In this document: positions 50,801 to 60,374 of the stretch, piece by piece
Numbering within the stretch: the first letter of the stretch is position 1
Layout: each line of letters opens with the position of its first letter
Assembly: GCA_964440975.1 (NCBI GenBank)
Contig: CAYYKI010000001.1
Location: 2,591 to 66,590 of the forward strand
Length of the DNA: 64,000 nt
From: an uncultured Candidatus Saccharibacteria bacterium
GTDB taxonomy: Bacteria; Patescibacteriota; Saccharimonadia; Saccharimonadales; CAZNVG01
Direction of reading: 5' to 3'
Notes under the pieces: model-generated
Database searches by the model: none
What the model saw: the letters and a program-made list of their open reading frames with translations, nothing else
Told to the model about the DNA's origin: nothing
Made by a program: the position numbers and the translations under genes

Positions 50801-51529
50801 TTCAAACTGATCTGCTGTATTGATACGGGTACCATCTGGCCCTATCAGCTCAGAGAGTGTTCCTCGATTTGTGTTCATCTTAAAGTCGTAGCCATTTGCG
50901 CGCATATCGGCAACAAACTTATCTGACTGGATGTTTTTATAAATTGAAGTTAACTTACCACGTGACTTATACCCATCAAATTCCCCCTCGTGGAAGAAAA
51001 ACCCTCTCGAAAACACCTTACCTGACCGTGTCGTTACTACTTGGGACTGTATGCCCCCGTATTCGCGAAGCATTATTTCTTTAATATGTACCAGCTCAAA
51101 AGCCGGCATAAAGATTGATCCGGCGATAGTTAGGCCAAGGGCAGCAAGCGAACCAAACCCGGCAATCATGAGGGCGCGTTTTCGGTTTCTTAGGGTGGTT
51201 CCTAGGCCACCGCCCTTCTTTTTACGCCCAAGTAGCCGTTTTTTCCCGTCATCCTTTTTATCAAAGTCACCTTCTTTATAAAGGAGGTTCGGGTCACGCT
51301 CTTCCTCGTCCTTTTTATCCTTTTTGCCCTTTTTCGGGCCGGAGCCGTCGGTTTCTTTAGCAGCTAACTCATCGTGGGCATCGCTTTGTTCTTCGTCGCT
51401 GTCGGCATAGTAGCCAGAATCTCCTTGTTCTAGCAGGGCATTTGCTTCGTCGTCATCCATGCCTCCAGAATCTTGGTTGGCGATTGGTCGTGTTTCTTCT
51501 CGTTCTTTATCGTATACGTCATTTGGCAT
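47870..51529 (-). CDS. giant membrane-anchored multi-domain cell-wall hydrolase candidate (1219 aa): SGNH/GDSL hydrolase plus LAS (M15-like) metallopeptidase domains
   Basis: Charged N-terminal tail, one TM helix (ALMIAGFGSLAALGLTIAGSIF), and an Ala/Gly-rich central region. MIGDSLTVGYNN is a GDSL-like motif. C-terminal SNHYGGYAIDIG ... DHANHIHVSV is the LAS-family HxxxxxxD ... HxH zinc site. Confidence 0.55.
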   Translation of the reverse strand: MPNDVYDKEREETRPIANQDSGGMDDDEANALLEQGDSGYYADSDEEQSDAHDELAAKETDGSGPKKGKKDKKDEEERDPNLLYKEGDFDKKDDGKKRLLGRKKKGGGLGTTLRNRKRALMIAGFGSLAALGLTIAGSIFMPAFELVHIKEIMLREYGGIQSQVVTTRSGKVFSRGFFFHEGEFDGYKSRGKLTSIYKNIQSDKFVADMRANGYDFKMNTNRGTLSELIGPDGTRINTADQFESIWKRRSAIKEAIAERHSGRSAFWRGRKARAVFKRYGLIRKNWIRDNRVVDWLERKELELREKLGRKFNFREKFKAKMRGALMGLIPGYDVTAKGKGEAKTDPGPDDPESPDPERERADADIDQAASELDDANKLADEIAEQVDADPAGRIAGDVGEESLERIESEAADIAGKTVKEGAEGAAKGAIGGFAAVADYSCQAYAFAQAVRGASRVMRAMQLAKFATAIFVMADSVKDGDIDGQDMAGFMALAHTLNKSTGKSFYSSGSWNYVSNKRKNPGVVGRERNRYSVDGKIGGDLGSFLDAADHYLPTKGICKVAGNPIFQIATSATELVVVRIGGGIATGGTLTATAVAASAASAGAISATLEIAKAVLLPILARTLAGAVITGDESGDNLAAALVSGAGAMSQMRGHSMGMKPLKNRQVFALQQEVDETRRTELAKQSLFERYISLGNPTSLASTSLISGYSQLANVGAIGSMSFAGIPAMFGSVLDVTTNKAFAAEDPDEIAHDAFGNPIMGLPDNVTETIDPGENERWMMDQNYVDEAGKPVPDSEFDKFKKSCIDPVDVEYNSSTDTGDFGERTECKDNSEEKNRMRVYVMDLDLSTSISDNITGDLSDTSDDEPIAPTPSPAAVNKSVYMIGDSLTVGYNNVKITDKFQAAGWTSTINAVGGQALTWGVQQIDAHTAEIARAGTLVIALGTNALETPDGYGAKIVEAVDKARAANPNISIYFVNIYSGGAGQAKYDTYNNILKLQAIAKNFKIIDLKAYFDDGRINRSACITEAAGVHPGANCYTILAQLIVNDVVAQAITGETGPTPGGTLPAGERAQLVNRIFNNPGWKPQTNRPTVDIQNGVAKDGLVQLIVAMLEQAKVTLEPSVIQTGHNPCTRQTKVTSNHYGGYAIDIGNESVAPQLMPYLYNNRAALNINELIYSNPPPGTSNLKQGEPHSYGSGTLRDHANHIHVSVKGPRILAGCPND

Positions 51530-51531
51530 GG

Positions 51532-53472
51532 CTATTGCATAGGCCCGTTAGGTTGCGTATTTTGCGGCCCGGGAGCGGGTGCTGACTCCAACGGTTCGTC
51601 TAGGTAGTCCTGGTCTTCTTCGGCGGTGGCTCGCTCCTGCTGCTGTTGCTGTAGCTGCGCGGGGTTTGTGGTGATAAGACTGGCTTCTGTGGGGCTTGGA
51701 GTGATTTGGATATGAACGTGATTCTGGCCAGCAAAGAACAAGCCCTGCCCTACCGGGAACTGACTCAGTCGCTTTCGTTCTTCACTGGTGAGCTTGAACG
51801 TGTCTGCCAGTACGTCTACGGCACTCGTGGATTGCTTGAGGAGAATTTGCATTGAGGCGTTAGCGACAATCGCCCGTCCCATGCGCGACCCCATAAAGTC
51901 TTCAACATCCTGCGTGATGGTCGTTAACCCAAGGTAGTATTTACGGCAACGCTTAGCAATGCTAAAGAGGAAGCTAGCTGAATCCTCATACTTCATTAGC
52001 TGCCACGCCTCATCAACAAGTAGCAGTCGTTTTTTCTTATCGGATTTAGTGCGATTCCAGATGTAGTTGAGCACAATATACATGGCAACTGGGCGGAGTT
52101 CGTCCTCGAGATCACGAATATTAAACACCACCAGCGCATTGTTAATGTCAACATTTGATTGCTGAGAGAAAATACCCGCAAACGTACCACTCGTATATTT
52201 GCGCAGTCGTTGGGCTAATTGTGGACCGGTGCCACCCATATGAAGCAGCGTATCGTATAGGTCGTTGATGGTTGGGGGCGGCGATTTGTGTGTCAACGGG
52301 TCGGTTGTGATCCCGGCTTTGGCATAGGTGTCGATGAGGGCTTGGTCGAGGTCGGCTTCCTCAACAGGATTAAGCGCTGGCGCGAACTGCCCGGCACCCT
52401 CGCCGGCCATTTGTGCTTGCGCCCCACCCATCATCAAGCGTAATAGCCCATGCAATGTAATGAGATTAGACCGCAAGGCGTTGTCCCCGTCGTCGGTATC
52501 GATGACCTGTGGCAAATCAAACGGATTAATGCGTGTTTGCGAATTAAGACTCAGGCGAATGTACGAACCACCGACTGCTTCACACATGCGTTGGTATTCA
52601 TTCTCCGGGTCAATAATCATCACCTCGGTGCCAAGCATCATGCTGCGGAGCGCCTCTAATTTAACCGTGAACGACTTACCGGCGCCTGCCTTTGCAAATA
52701 CCACTGAGTTAGCGTTCTCTAACGTAAAGCGGTCAAAGATCACCAGTCCCGAGTTGTGCATATTGATGCCATACAAAATACCATTCTCTTGGCTCAAATC
52801 GGCCGAGGTAAAAGGAAAGCTAGTGCTAATTGCACCCGTGTTCATGTTGCGCCTAATTTGCAGCTGATCCATAAATTGCGGGACGATGGAGTTGAATCCT
52901 TGTTCCATTTGAGCGGTTGCTGCTTTGCTATAGACGAGCTGCTGGCCAAGAATTGACTCGATTTTATGATGAATGAAATCGAGTTCTTCCAGGCTGCTCG
53001 CATATACATTCATATACAAGCCAAAGCGGAAGAACCGCTCTTCACCTACTTGGAGCTTATCTCGGAGCTCTTCGGCGTCGAGAATGGCAGCTTGCTTTCC
53101 TGGATCACGGACGCGTCCCTTCTCGTTATCAATCTGGATCCCTGCCTCTAGTTGAGAGACTTTTTTGCGCAAATTATCTAGCACCACCTGGCTCTCCACC
53201 GGATAGATATAGATAGAGATGTTCATTTCTTCATCTATGTTGATGATGGGGCTCAGCCAGCCGGTAAATATTTGACGCGGATATCCGTACACATAAAACG
53301 TGCGTGCGTAGCGGGTGCCAAGTCGGAAGTAGCCAGACTGATACTCCAAGCTGCTCGGAGCAATAAAATCGCGGAGCGCCGTTACACCCTTTTGGAACGC
53401 CTGCTCAACCTCTTGCTGTTCGCGAAGACGCTGTTCCTCTGCTATTTGAATTGGATCTTTCTTCTTTGCCAT
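51532..53472 (-). CDS. VirB4/TrbE/CagE-family type IV secretion ATPase
   Basis: N-terminal VirB4 region (DFIAPSSLEY...YFRLGTRYARTFYVYGYPRQIFTGWL), Walker A KAGAGKSF, Walker B LLLVDEAWQL. 646 aa. Confidence 0.85.
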   Translation of the reverse strand: MAKKKDPIQIAEEQRLREQQEVEQAFQKGVTALRDFIAPSSLEYQSGYFRLGTRYARTFYVYGYPRQIFTGWLSPIINIDEEMNISIYIYPVESQVVLDNLRKKVSQLEAGIQIDNEKGRVRDPGKQAAILDAEELRDKLQVGEERFFRFGLYMNVYASSLEELDFIHHKIESILGQQLVYSKAATAQMEQGFNSIVPQFMDQLQIRRNMNTGAISTSFPFTSADLSQENGILYGINMHNSGLVIFDRFTLENANSVVFAKAGAGKSFTVKLEALRSMMLGTEVMIIDPENEYQRMCEAVGGSYIRLSLNSQTRINPFDLPQVIDTDDGDNALRSNLITLHGLLRLMMGGAQAQMAGEGAGQFAPALNPVEEADLDQALIDTYAKAGITTDPLTHKSPPPTINDLYDTLLHMGGTGPQLAQRLRKYTSGTFAGIFSQQSNVDINNALVVFNIRDLEDELRPVAMYIVLNYIWNRTKSDKKKRLLLVDEAWQLMKYEDSASFLFSIAKRCRKYYLGLTTITQDVEDFMGSRMGRAIVANASMQILLKQSTSAVDVLADTFKLTSEERKRLSQFPVGQGLFFAGQNHVHIQITPSPTEASLITTNPAQLQQQQQERATAEEDQDYLDEPLESAPAPGPQNTQPNGPMQ

Positions 53473-54497
53473 TACATTGCCAACGTATTATCTAGATTAG
53501 GTTGCGAAGCTTCACCTTGTCCTTTGGTAACTACTGGCGCGGTGAGATCATCGAAGTTTTGGATCTGCTGACGGGTGGCTGTATCTGGATTGTAAACATC
53601 GTAATATAACTCTATAAGCTCCTGGGTATCGAGCGGCAGGGCCTGGATTCCCATTTGGGTGAGGCTGTTAAGCACTGCCTGAACCTGGTTGCGCAATTCT
53701 GTTTTTGCCTTTTCAAGCGTTGCCTCATCAATAACCACGGTCTCTTGCTTTTTATTGAAGCCAAAGATGTTATCGAAAAAGCTTTTACCCTTTTGGACTG
53801 TCTGGGCGGTTGTGTTCGGTGGTGTATACGGAATGACCATGTAAAACTTCTTGTCCATGATATTGGTTTGCTGGGTCAATACGGCCATAAACTCTATGTA
53901 GTCTTCCATCAAAAGTGCGAGCAGCATATTGTCGTGCTCGAGTCGGATTTTATTGAGGCGTTCCAGGTATGGGCGCATGTCAACTTTAGTGCTTTTGATA
54001 AATATCTGCACCGGAAAATAGAGCGAGTTCAAAAAGCTCTGATAACTAAACTCTACCGCCTCTCGTTCACCCTGGCTCATGAGGTCAAAGTTGATCGTCT
54101 TACACATAATAACCGACCGAAACGTTCCGTCGTTCATGATGACGACCCCGTCACGAATTTCGCTTATCTTGAGCGTATTTTGGGTACTGTTCGGGTTTGT
54201 CTTGGCCGGTGGCGTCTGACCGAGTGGCTTGCCGTTCTGGTCGACTTGGCCAGCTTGCACCTGACCTGGTACAGCTGGTGTCCCCACTGGCCCACCAGTG
54301 GGTACACCGGGCGTCATAGAGGCATCGGGAATCGCCTGCTGCGCCTGCATCATTGGAGTGACCGCATATTGCGCAACATGCGCCTGCTGATCGTTGGGCG
54401 TTGCTTGTGGGGGTGGAGGCGTGGTTGGCACTCCCTGGTACCCAGGGGGAGCTTGACCGCCGGCCGGTGGTTGGAATTGGTTTTGTTGTGGATCCAT
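53472..54497 (-). CDS. T4SS-associated hypothetical protein with Pro/Gln-rich disordered N-terminus
   Basis: 341 aa, no TM helix. Its stop overlaps the VirB4-like start, indicating translational coupling. Confidence 0.4.
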   Translation of the reverse strand: MDPQQNQFQPPAGGQAPPGYQGVPTTPPPPQATPNDQQAHVAQYAVTPMMQAQQAIPDASMTPGVPTGGPVGTPAVPGQVQAGQVDQNGKPLGQTPPAKTNPNSTQNTLKISEIRDGVVIMNDGTFRSVIMCKTINFDLMSQGEREAVEFSYQSFLNSLYFPVQIFIKSTKVDMRPYLERLNKIRLEHDNMLLALLMEDYIEFMAVLTQQTNIMDKKFYMVIPYTPPNTTAQTVQKGKSFFDNIFGFNKKQETVVIDEATLEKAKTELRNQVQAVLNSLTQMGIQALPLDTQELIELYYDVYNPDTATRQQIQNFDDLTAPVVTKGQGEASQPNLDNTLAM

Positions 54498-54550
54498 AAA
54501 AGTTTTACGCGAACAACTGATGACCAGATGGTGGCGAACCCTCCGAGCGA

Positions 54551-55591
54551 CTAATGTAGTTTGATGACGACTTCGTCACCGTCACCACTGGCCACCCTAT
54601 CAGCTTCGCGCGCTATTACATCTAAGTTTAAGTCATCACGCTGCGATAACTCAAGTTTAGCAGATTCAGGGAGCGAAACGGTAGTGGCTTTATCGTCTTT
54701 GGCGGGAGTACCCCTATGGCTTTTGCTTGGATCGAGTACGTGCTGGCGCATCGACGAGGGGTATGGGTCGTAATGTGGTGCCGCACCTCCTGCGTTAATA
54801 AACGGCATGGTACTACCATTGTCGACTGTCGTTGTAGGAGTGGTTGGCGGAGCCTGTGTTGGGGTGATGACCGATGGCTGAGTGGCGCTTGATTGATACG
54901 GTGCGGCCTGATTATTCCAGGCGGTCACCGGTTGTCCGGCTTGGGCTGATTGCATCTGGGTAAGGGCGGCATCACGAACACTGCTGGTGGCTTTGCTGGC
55001 CAATTCGTCCATGTGATGGGCTAAGTAGCTAGCGTTAGGGTCTAATATATCGTCTGCTGCCGTTATGTCGCTATCTGGAACCATTTGCGGGAGCGCTGTG
55101 GCGGGCACTAAACGGTCGGATGGGCCGCTGGAAGGAAATAAATCATTCGACGAATCATTCACGTAGGCATTCTTTGTTGCCCATCCGCGGCTATCGATGG
55201 TCGTGGCTAGTATCTCCAGTCGAGAACGGACTTCCCTTTGATTGAGTCCATTGGAATATTGGTGTTCAATTTTTTTCGGAACCGTAATGCGTACCAGCTC
55301 TTCCATGCCGGCCTGATCCCACACTCGTCGCCGGGGCTTGAGCAGGAAACGCAACCTCGCGCCAAGATACACATCCGTGGGTTGATCGCGCTGAAACGGT
55401 GCGGCCAGGTAGCCAAACAAGGCGATGCCGGGCAAGAAAGGAATAACCAACAGCGGCTGTGCCTTACCCGCTAAAAACGCCAAATAACACAGCAGTATAG
55501 TAATAATTGCAAAAATAAACTGCTTGAGGGTCAACGGCCCTAAGAGCTTATCTTCGGCCTCGACATCTTGCGGTACTTTATACGTCGACAT
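54551..55591 (-). CDS. T4SS-associated membrane protein, possible VirB3-like N-terminal domain with C-terminal extension
   Basis: N-terminal ~100 aa with two closely spaced TM helices (FIFAIITILLCYLAFLAG / LLVIPFLPGIALFGYLAAPF). A small hairpin membrane gene just upstream of the VirB4 region is typical of VirB3/PrgI/ConD. Assignment by topology and position only. Confidence 0.35.
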   Translation of the reverse strand: MSTYKVPQDVEAEDKLLGPLTLKQFIFAIITILLCYLAFLAGKAQPLLVIPFLPGIALFGYLAAPFQRDQPTDVYLGARLRFLLKPRRRVWDQAGMEELVRITVPKKIEHQYSNGLNQREVRSRLEILATTIDSRGWATKNAYVNDSSNDLFPSSGPSDRLVPATALPQMVPDSDITAADDILDPNASYLAHHMDELASKATSSVRDAALTQMQSAQAGQPVTAWNNQAAPYQSSATQPSVITPTQAPPTTPTTTVDNGSTMPFINAGGAAPHYDPYPSSMRQHVLDPSKSHRGTPAKDDKATTVSLPESAKLELSQRDDLNLDVIAREADRVASGDGDEVVIKLH

Positions 55592-55634
55592 GGTCGACTA
55601 AAGTATACCGTATGTGGCTAAATGGGGCCTAGTT

Positions 55635-57179
55635 TTATATTTGGCCGCGGCGTTGCCAGCGGTTGCGACTTGCTTTGCGAGCTGAGTATGTTTCGGCGAC
55701 GGTATCCATCGGGTGAAGGCGGTTGCCTCTTTGGTTGCCGGTACGCAGGGCGTCTTTAATGGCATGACGCACTCCATTGCGCTGGAACTCCTTGCCTGAC
55801 CGAACAACGGTGACCAGGCTGTCTTTAAGCTGTGCAAAGCGGTCACGATAGTCACGCTCGTCGAGGCCAACTTTCATGCGTGGACCCTTGGGGCTTACTT
55901 TTACACGTAGGCCAAAGCCACTAAACGCTTCATCGTATCGTATCTTAGCTTGGTCCATAAGGGCTGCCCGGTCCTTCTTGTTTGGGTTCGCCTCGATAGC
56001 TTCCATGAGCCGCTTAAAATCCAGTTCAATGTCGAGCATTTGTGATTCAAGGTCGACAGCGCGTAGCACCACACGTTCGATATGGACGCCATTTTGTTGT
56101 TCAATCGGGGGTTTTTCTTCAGGGCGTGGAACTAATTTTTCTCGATCTTTACCCCTTGGGCGTAAGTAGTTAAGGTCGTATTGTAGTTGCTCTACTTCTG
56201 CTTTACGGGCAGCTTGCAAAGCTTTGATTGCTGCAACTTCTGCCGATATCTGATCAGATAGAAGCTGATGCTGAATTTCTTTTTCCGCATCACTTAGCGT
56301 GTCGTCGGCGTTTATTGCACGTTTGGCTGCAGATGCCTTTGGGCCATCAAATCCGTACGTAAAAGGACTCTCGTCAACTGGGGGTATTTGCAAATTTGCG
56401 TCGTAACGGGCGTCTAATGCCTTGTTGGCCTCAACCCACTGCTGGGTGCTGAGTTTTTGCAGTGCTTCACGTGCTACTGAGTCGTATCCTAAAAATAGCT
56501 GTTGTGAGCGGATGGATGCTCGGAATAGCCACTTGTAGCGGTTCTGGCTTGCTTCTAGATCAGCCGAGCTAAGATCTGCCCAATCCTGCCGTTCAATAGC
56601 CATTTGCTGATTAGTGGCCTCGTATACCGCGCCAAATACAAACCGGTTAACTTCGGCAAATACCAGTAGCTGTCGATCGGTAAACTGGCGAGTATCGATT
56701 AAGGTTGGATCTTCTAGTTCGGCGTCTGCTCCTGTAAGTTGTCCGGCAGCAGCCATGCGCTCTATGACATCTCGGGTTAAGCCAAAGATTCGGGCGTGGT
56801 GGCGCATCTCCAGGTCTTTGATAAAAGGAATCTGTCCTTCTACGTTGGCAGCGTCAAGATCGGCATCACCTGCTTCGTTAAACATTTGGGATGCAGCATT
56901 CCACTTACCCTCAGCTCGCAAAGCGGTTGCTTTAGCTCGTAGCTGACTGGCTTTTGAGCGGTATTCCTCCGCCTGAATAGGCATAAAGTCGGAGTTTGCA
57001 TCCTCGTACTGCAGGGTTGTAGCGGTGTGGTACACAACTTCATCAAACCGGTTCTGTAGGGTTGGGTCGGCGTCAAAATGATCACCGATCATTTCGGTGT
57101 AGGCATCTTGGTGTGTTGCTAACTCTTCGGGCTTAATTGCCCTCGAGTAGCGATCTTCTTGTAGCGAAGAAGTTTCCAT
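55635..57179 (-). CDS. T4SS-associated hypothetical protein (largely alpha-helical, 514 aa)
   Basis: No TM helices or catalytic motifs recognised. Sits between the VirB6-like and VirB3-like genes. Confidence 0.4.
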   Translation of the reverse strand: METSSLQEDRYSRAIKPEELATHQDAYTEMIGDHFDADPTLQNRFDEVVYHTATTLQYEDANSDFMPIQAEEYRSKASQLRAKATALRAEGKWNAASQMFNEAGDADLDAANVEGQIPFIKDLEMRHHARIFGLTRDVIERMAAAGQLTGADAELEDPTLIDTRQFTDRQLLVFAEVNRFVFGAVYEATNQQMAIERQDWADLSSADLEASQNRYKWLFRASIRSQQLFLGYDSVAREALQKLSTQQWVEANKALDARYDANLQIPPVDESPFTYGFDGPKASAAKRAINADDTLSDAEKEIQHQLLSDQISAEVAAIKALQAARKAEVEQLQYDLNYLRPRGKDREKLVPRPEEKPPIEQQNGVHIERVVLRAVDLESQMLDIELDFKRLMEAIEANPNKKDRAALMDQAKIRYDEAFSGFGLRVKVSPKGPRMKVGLDERDYRDRFAQLKDSLVTVVRSGKEFQRNGVRHAIKDALRTGNQRGNRLHPMDTVAETYSARKASRNRWQRRGQI

Positions 57180-57234
57180 AACTAAAACATTAGCATAAAT
57201 AACTGTTTAAGTCAATATTATGTTAATGCAAGTA

Positions 57235-60200
57235 CTATGGCGCTGAATCGTCAGGGCTTGATGAGTTAGCTCCTTCGTCGATCATAGCAATCTCTCCTGC
57301 GGTATATCTTGGATTGACTCCGCTGTAATCAGAAGGTGTCGGCTCCGGGTGTTGCTCGCTCGCATGCGCTGGGTCGTGCTCAATAGCAATTGCAGTACCC
57401 TCCTGCGCGACCTTTTGATTACCAATATTGCCTTGAGGTAAGTTTGTACTGAGCAACGATCTAACCCGTTTAGCATTATCAACGGTCTCTGCGTCAACTG
57501 CATCGCTGCCCTCTAGGTTGAGTACTGCATTTGAAGATTCGGCCAGGTTTTTAACTGAATTACCCTTAAGCCGTCCTGCTTGCAGTGCATCTACCGACTT
57601 GCCACCCTCAACATGGGCGCGGTGCTTGTTTCGCTCCAGTCGTTCGTCTGAAGCGGCTGAAGGCCCACGTAAATGGGCTCGTGCGTCGTCAATGTCACTC
57701 ATACTGACGCCTGATAGCTCGTTGCGATACGCTTCTTTCTGTTTGGCCTTGTTGAAGCCCCATAACGATTCTTGGGTCTCAAAGTTGTCGCCGGCAATAC
57801 GGGCAATAGTTTCGGATACGTCTCGAGCGTCCGTAAAGGCGGTGCCGTTCATCACCATCTGTTTAAAGGCTGCTTCGCGGTTATTGAAGCCGAGGGCGCC
57901 AGCGGCACGGCGGGCGGTAACCTTGCCGTCACGCTCTGCTTTGGCGAGGGCGGCTTGACCTGCTGCGCTCGCCTCCCAATCGGCCCTACTTTCGACGCCA
58001 CTTTCGGCAAAGGCTTTGTCGGCATAGAAATCTTTCATGCCCACTTCGGCAGCACGTTGGTTGCGATACGTTGCGGCGCGGATGAGGTCGTCGCGTCGTG
58101 CCGAGGCTACCCAACGTGGGTCGCGGAGTCTTTCTTCTTGGGCTGCAGAGCGTCGGCTGGCATATACCTCACGACCACGTGCTCCGAGGCCAAAGCGGCC
58201 ACCAACACCCGCGCCAAGCCCACCACTGACACGGTTGAAACCGCGCCCGAACGGGTTGCTATCCTTGAAGCGGTTACCGGTAGCATTAGCTGCGCGCCTC
58301 GCGGCATTTTGTTCGGCAGTGCGTTTGCGGCGAGTATCCAAGATTCCCCTTGAGCGGTCGTTGACCATGCCGCCAACGGTAGAGATTAGCCCGCCCGCAA
58401 ACTTAAAGGTAAACGGAATCATCATGTAAGGCGCAAAATACGCAGCAATTGCAGCAAGTTTAATAAAGGTATTGCCGCCACCATCAGTTTGGGCAAGCCA
58501 TGGGGCAACATTCCAGTTTGACCAGATGTTGCCAATACTACCTCCGCTCGCAAAACCAGACATAATCAGCGAACTGGCAATGCGACCGGATACGAGCAGC
58601 ATAACGATGAGTGGATACATGAGCAGAGACTTGGTAAAGAAGTTCCACCAGGCTTTAAAGACTCCCTGAGTATTAGGCAGAATCCAGGCAATAAAGGCTA
58701 TAGGCGCGCCGACGATACAAGCAACAATCACCAAGTAACGCACGAGCACCACAAAGAACGCGGCCAGCACTGCAAAACTTACGGCTATAAGGACGGTGCC
58801 GAGTGAGCTCCAGAGCCCAATACCTGATGCAATAGCAGCAGCTCCACCACCAACGAATGTTAGTAGAGAGTCTGCTCCCCCTATGTCTACGTTTTGTAGC
58901 ACTCCCGATTTTGCAAACGGAGCTAAAATCAGATCCTTAGTTGTGTCACCGAGGGCCTGGATCAAGCCAACCAACCAGGCGGCAACAAACCATGATAACT
59001 GCACAACAATAGCAGCGATAACTAACCTTGGGAGTGCTTTTTTGACGGTATACGCACTAAGCGACTCAATCGAAATAATCTGCGACAAAATGATAATGAG
59101 CGTAATGATAATGAGCAGCACGTTAGCTATCGATCGGAACGACGCCCAAGAAACATACAACCCGCGATCCTTGCTATCCGTTTGAGTAGCAGCATTTGCT
59201 GAAATATCAAATCGTAGCAATAGCACCAGCTGATCTCCAAACCAGCCAACCAAGTCATCAAGTATTTTGATGCCTGCACAGAGGATCCATGAGAGCGTGT
59301 AGCCACTGGCTTCGCAGGGGTCGACATCCTGGTTTGCGATGCCGCTGGGTGCGATCTCCAGTTCCGATGTCCCGCCATTTTTCAGGTCCTCTGCTTCAGC
59401 GTCGGCATAGGCTTGCGCCAACGATTTGTTTTTGAGTTCTTCGAGGAGGTCGCCGCAACTCACTTGAACGTTGTCCTCGGTCTTATCAGCGCCGGCATTG
59501 TACACTCCCCAGCCGACGTTGGCTTCTTCTTCGTCTTGCAGTACGCCGTTCACCTCTACTGGCTTACCGTCTTTGACAATCCATATTTTCTCGTGTCTAT
59601 TTGTAGAGCCTGCAATATCCTCGTCTTTCATGTCGGTGCTAAAGCCACAGGCACTATTTCGTAGTGCTGAGTAGTATAGCCACCATCTCGCACCAGGTGA
59701 GAGGTTGTCTATGCCGCCATCGCCAGGTTCGGCTTTTTCTGCTTTACTCTCTACATAAGCCTTGAAAATTGCTTCGAAAGCCCGCGACGAAATATCTCTG
59801 GTACCGCTCCCTGGTGAATATAGGATGTCTATGAGTTCTTTTGTGTCTTTTATACCCATGTAAGGTAGGTATTTGTCCATTTCTTCGACATTAGTGCACA
59901 CAATCTCACCATCATCTTTTTCTACATGCTCTCCAATATATGCCGTGCGCGATCCGTCAAATATATCAATGAGTTGATTTCTACGTAATTCGCTGCCGGT
60001 TCCACTCTGCGGTTCTAATTTTGTGCCAATGTGTAGACCAGGAGATGTATCAGGCCCACCTTGTATACAATTTCGAAAAATTCCCCAGAACACCGAATGT
60101 GTCTTAGCCTCGTTCTGTAGTTTTTTGGCATTTTCATTTTTTGCGTAGGCTTGCTCTACTGGGTGGACGGTTTGCACAATGTTAAACGCAAACACAGCCA

Positions 60201-60237
60201 GGACAACCCCAAGAGCAATTCGCATACGGTTTTTCAT
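57235..60237 (-). CDS. VirB6/TrbL-like polytopic channel protein candidate with large N-terminal ectodomain and ~400-aa Arg/Ala/Gly-rich C-terminal tail
   Basis: Signal/TM at the N-terminus (MKNRMRIALGVVLAVFAF). A cluster of about 6-8 TM helices in the middle (residues ~380-640). Low-complexity C-terminal tail. First gene of the operon. Confidence 0.45.
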   Translation of the reverse strand: MKNRMRIALGVVLAVFAFNIVQTVHPVEQAYAKNENAKKLQNEAKTHSVFWGIFRNCIQGGPDTSPGLHIGTKLEPQSGTGSELRRNQLIDIFDGSRTAYIGEHVEKDDGEIVCTNVEEMDKYLPYMGIKDTKELIDILYSPGSGTRDISSRAFEAIFKAYVESKAEKAEPGDGGIDNLSPGARWWLYYSALRNSACGFSTDMKDEDIAGSTNRHEKIWIVKDGKPVEVNGVLQDEEEANVGWGVYNAGADKTEDNVQVSCGDLLEELKNKSLAQAYADAEAEDLKNGGTSELEIAPSGIANQDVDPCEASGYTLSWILCAGIKILDDLVGWFGDQLVLLLRFDISANAATQTDSKDRGLYVSWASFRSIANVLLIIITLIIILSQIISIESLSAYTVKKALPRLVIAAIVVQLSWFVAAWLVGLIQALGDTTKDLILAPFAKSGVLQNVDIGGADSLLTFVGGGAAAIASGIGLWSSLGTVLIAVSFAVLAAFFVVLVRYLVIVACIVGAPIAFIAWILPNTQGVFKAWWNFFTKSLLMYPLIVMLLVSGRIASSLIMSGFASGGSIGNIWSNWNVAPWLAQTDGGGNTFIKLAAIAAYFAPYMMIPFTFKFAGGLISTVGGMVNDRSRGILDTRRKRTAEQNAARRAANATGNRFKDSNPFGRGFNRVSGGLGAGVGGRFGLGARGREVYASRRSAAQEERLRDPRWVASARRDDLIRAATYRNQRAAEVGMKDFYADKAFAESGVESRADWEASAAGQAALAKAERDGKVTARRAAGALGFNNREAAFKQMVMNGTAFTDARDVSETIARIAGDNFETQESLWGFNKAKQKEAYRNELSGVSMSDIDDARAHLRGPSAASDERLERNKHRAHVEGGKSVDALQAGRLKGNSVKNLAESSNAVLNLEGSDAVDAETVDNAKRVRSLLSTNLPQGNIGNQKVAQEGTAIAIEHDPAHASEQHPEPTPSDYSGVNPRYTAGEIAMIDEGANSSSPDDSAP

Positions 60238-60374
60238 ATTCACGGTTATTATAGGCCTTTGGCGATACGGCCACAAGTATTTGATAGCCATTTCTGGTCA
60301 GCTCAATTCGCTGAGGCGTTTACAGCTTACGGCAGATATGATTGAATGAACATATTCGGTATACTAATAAAAAG

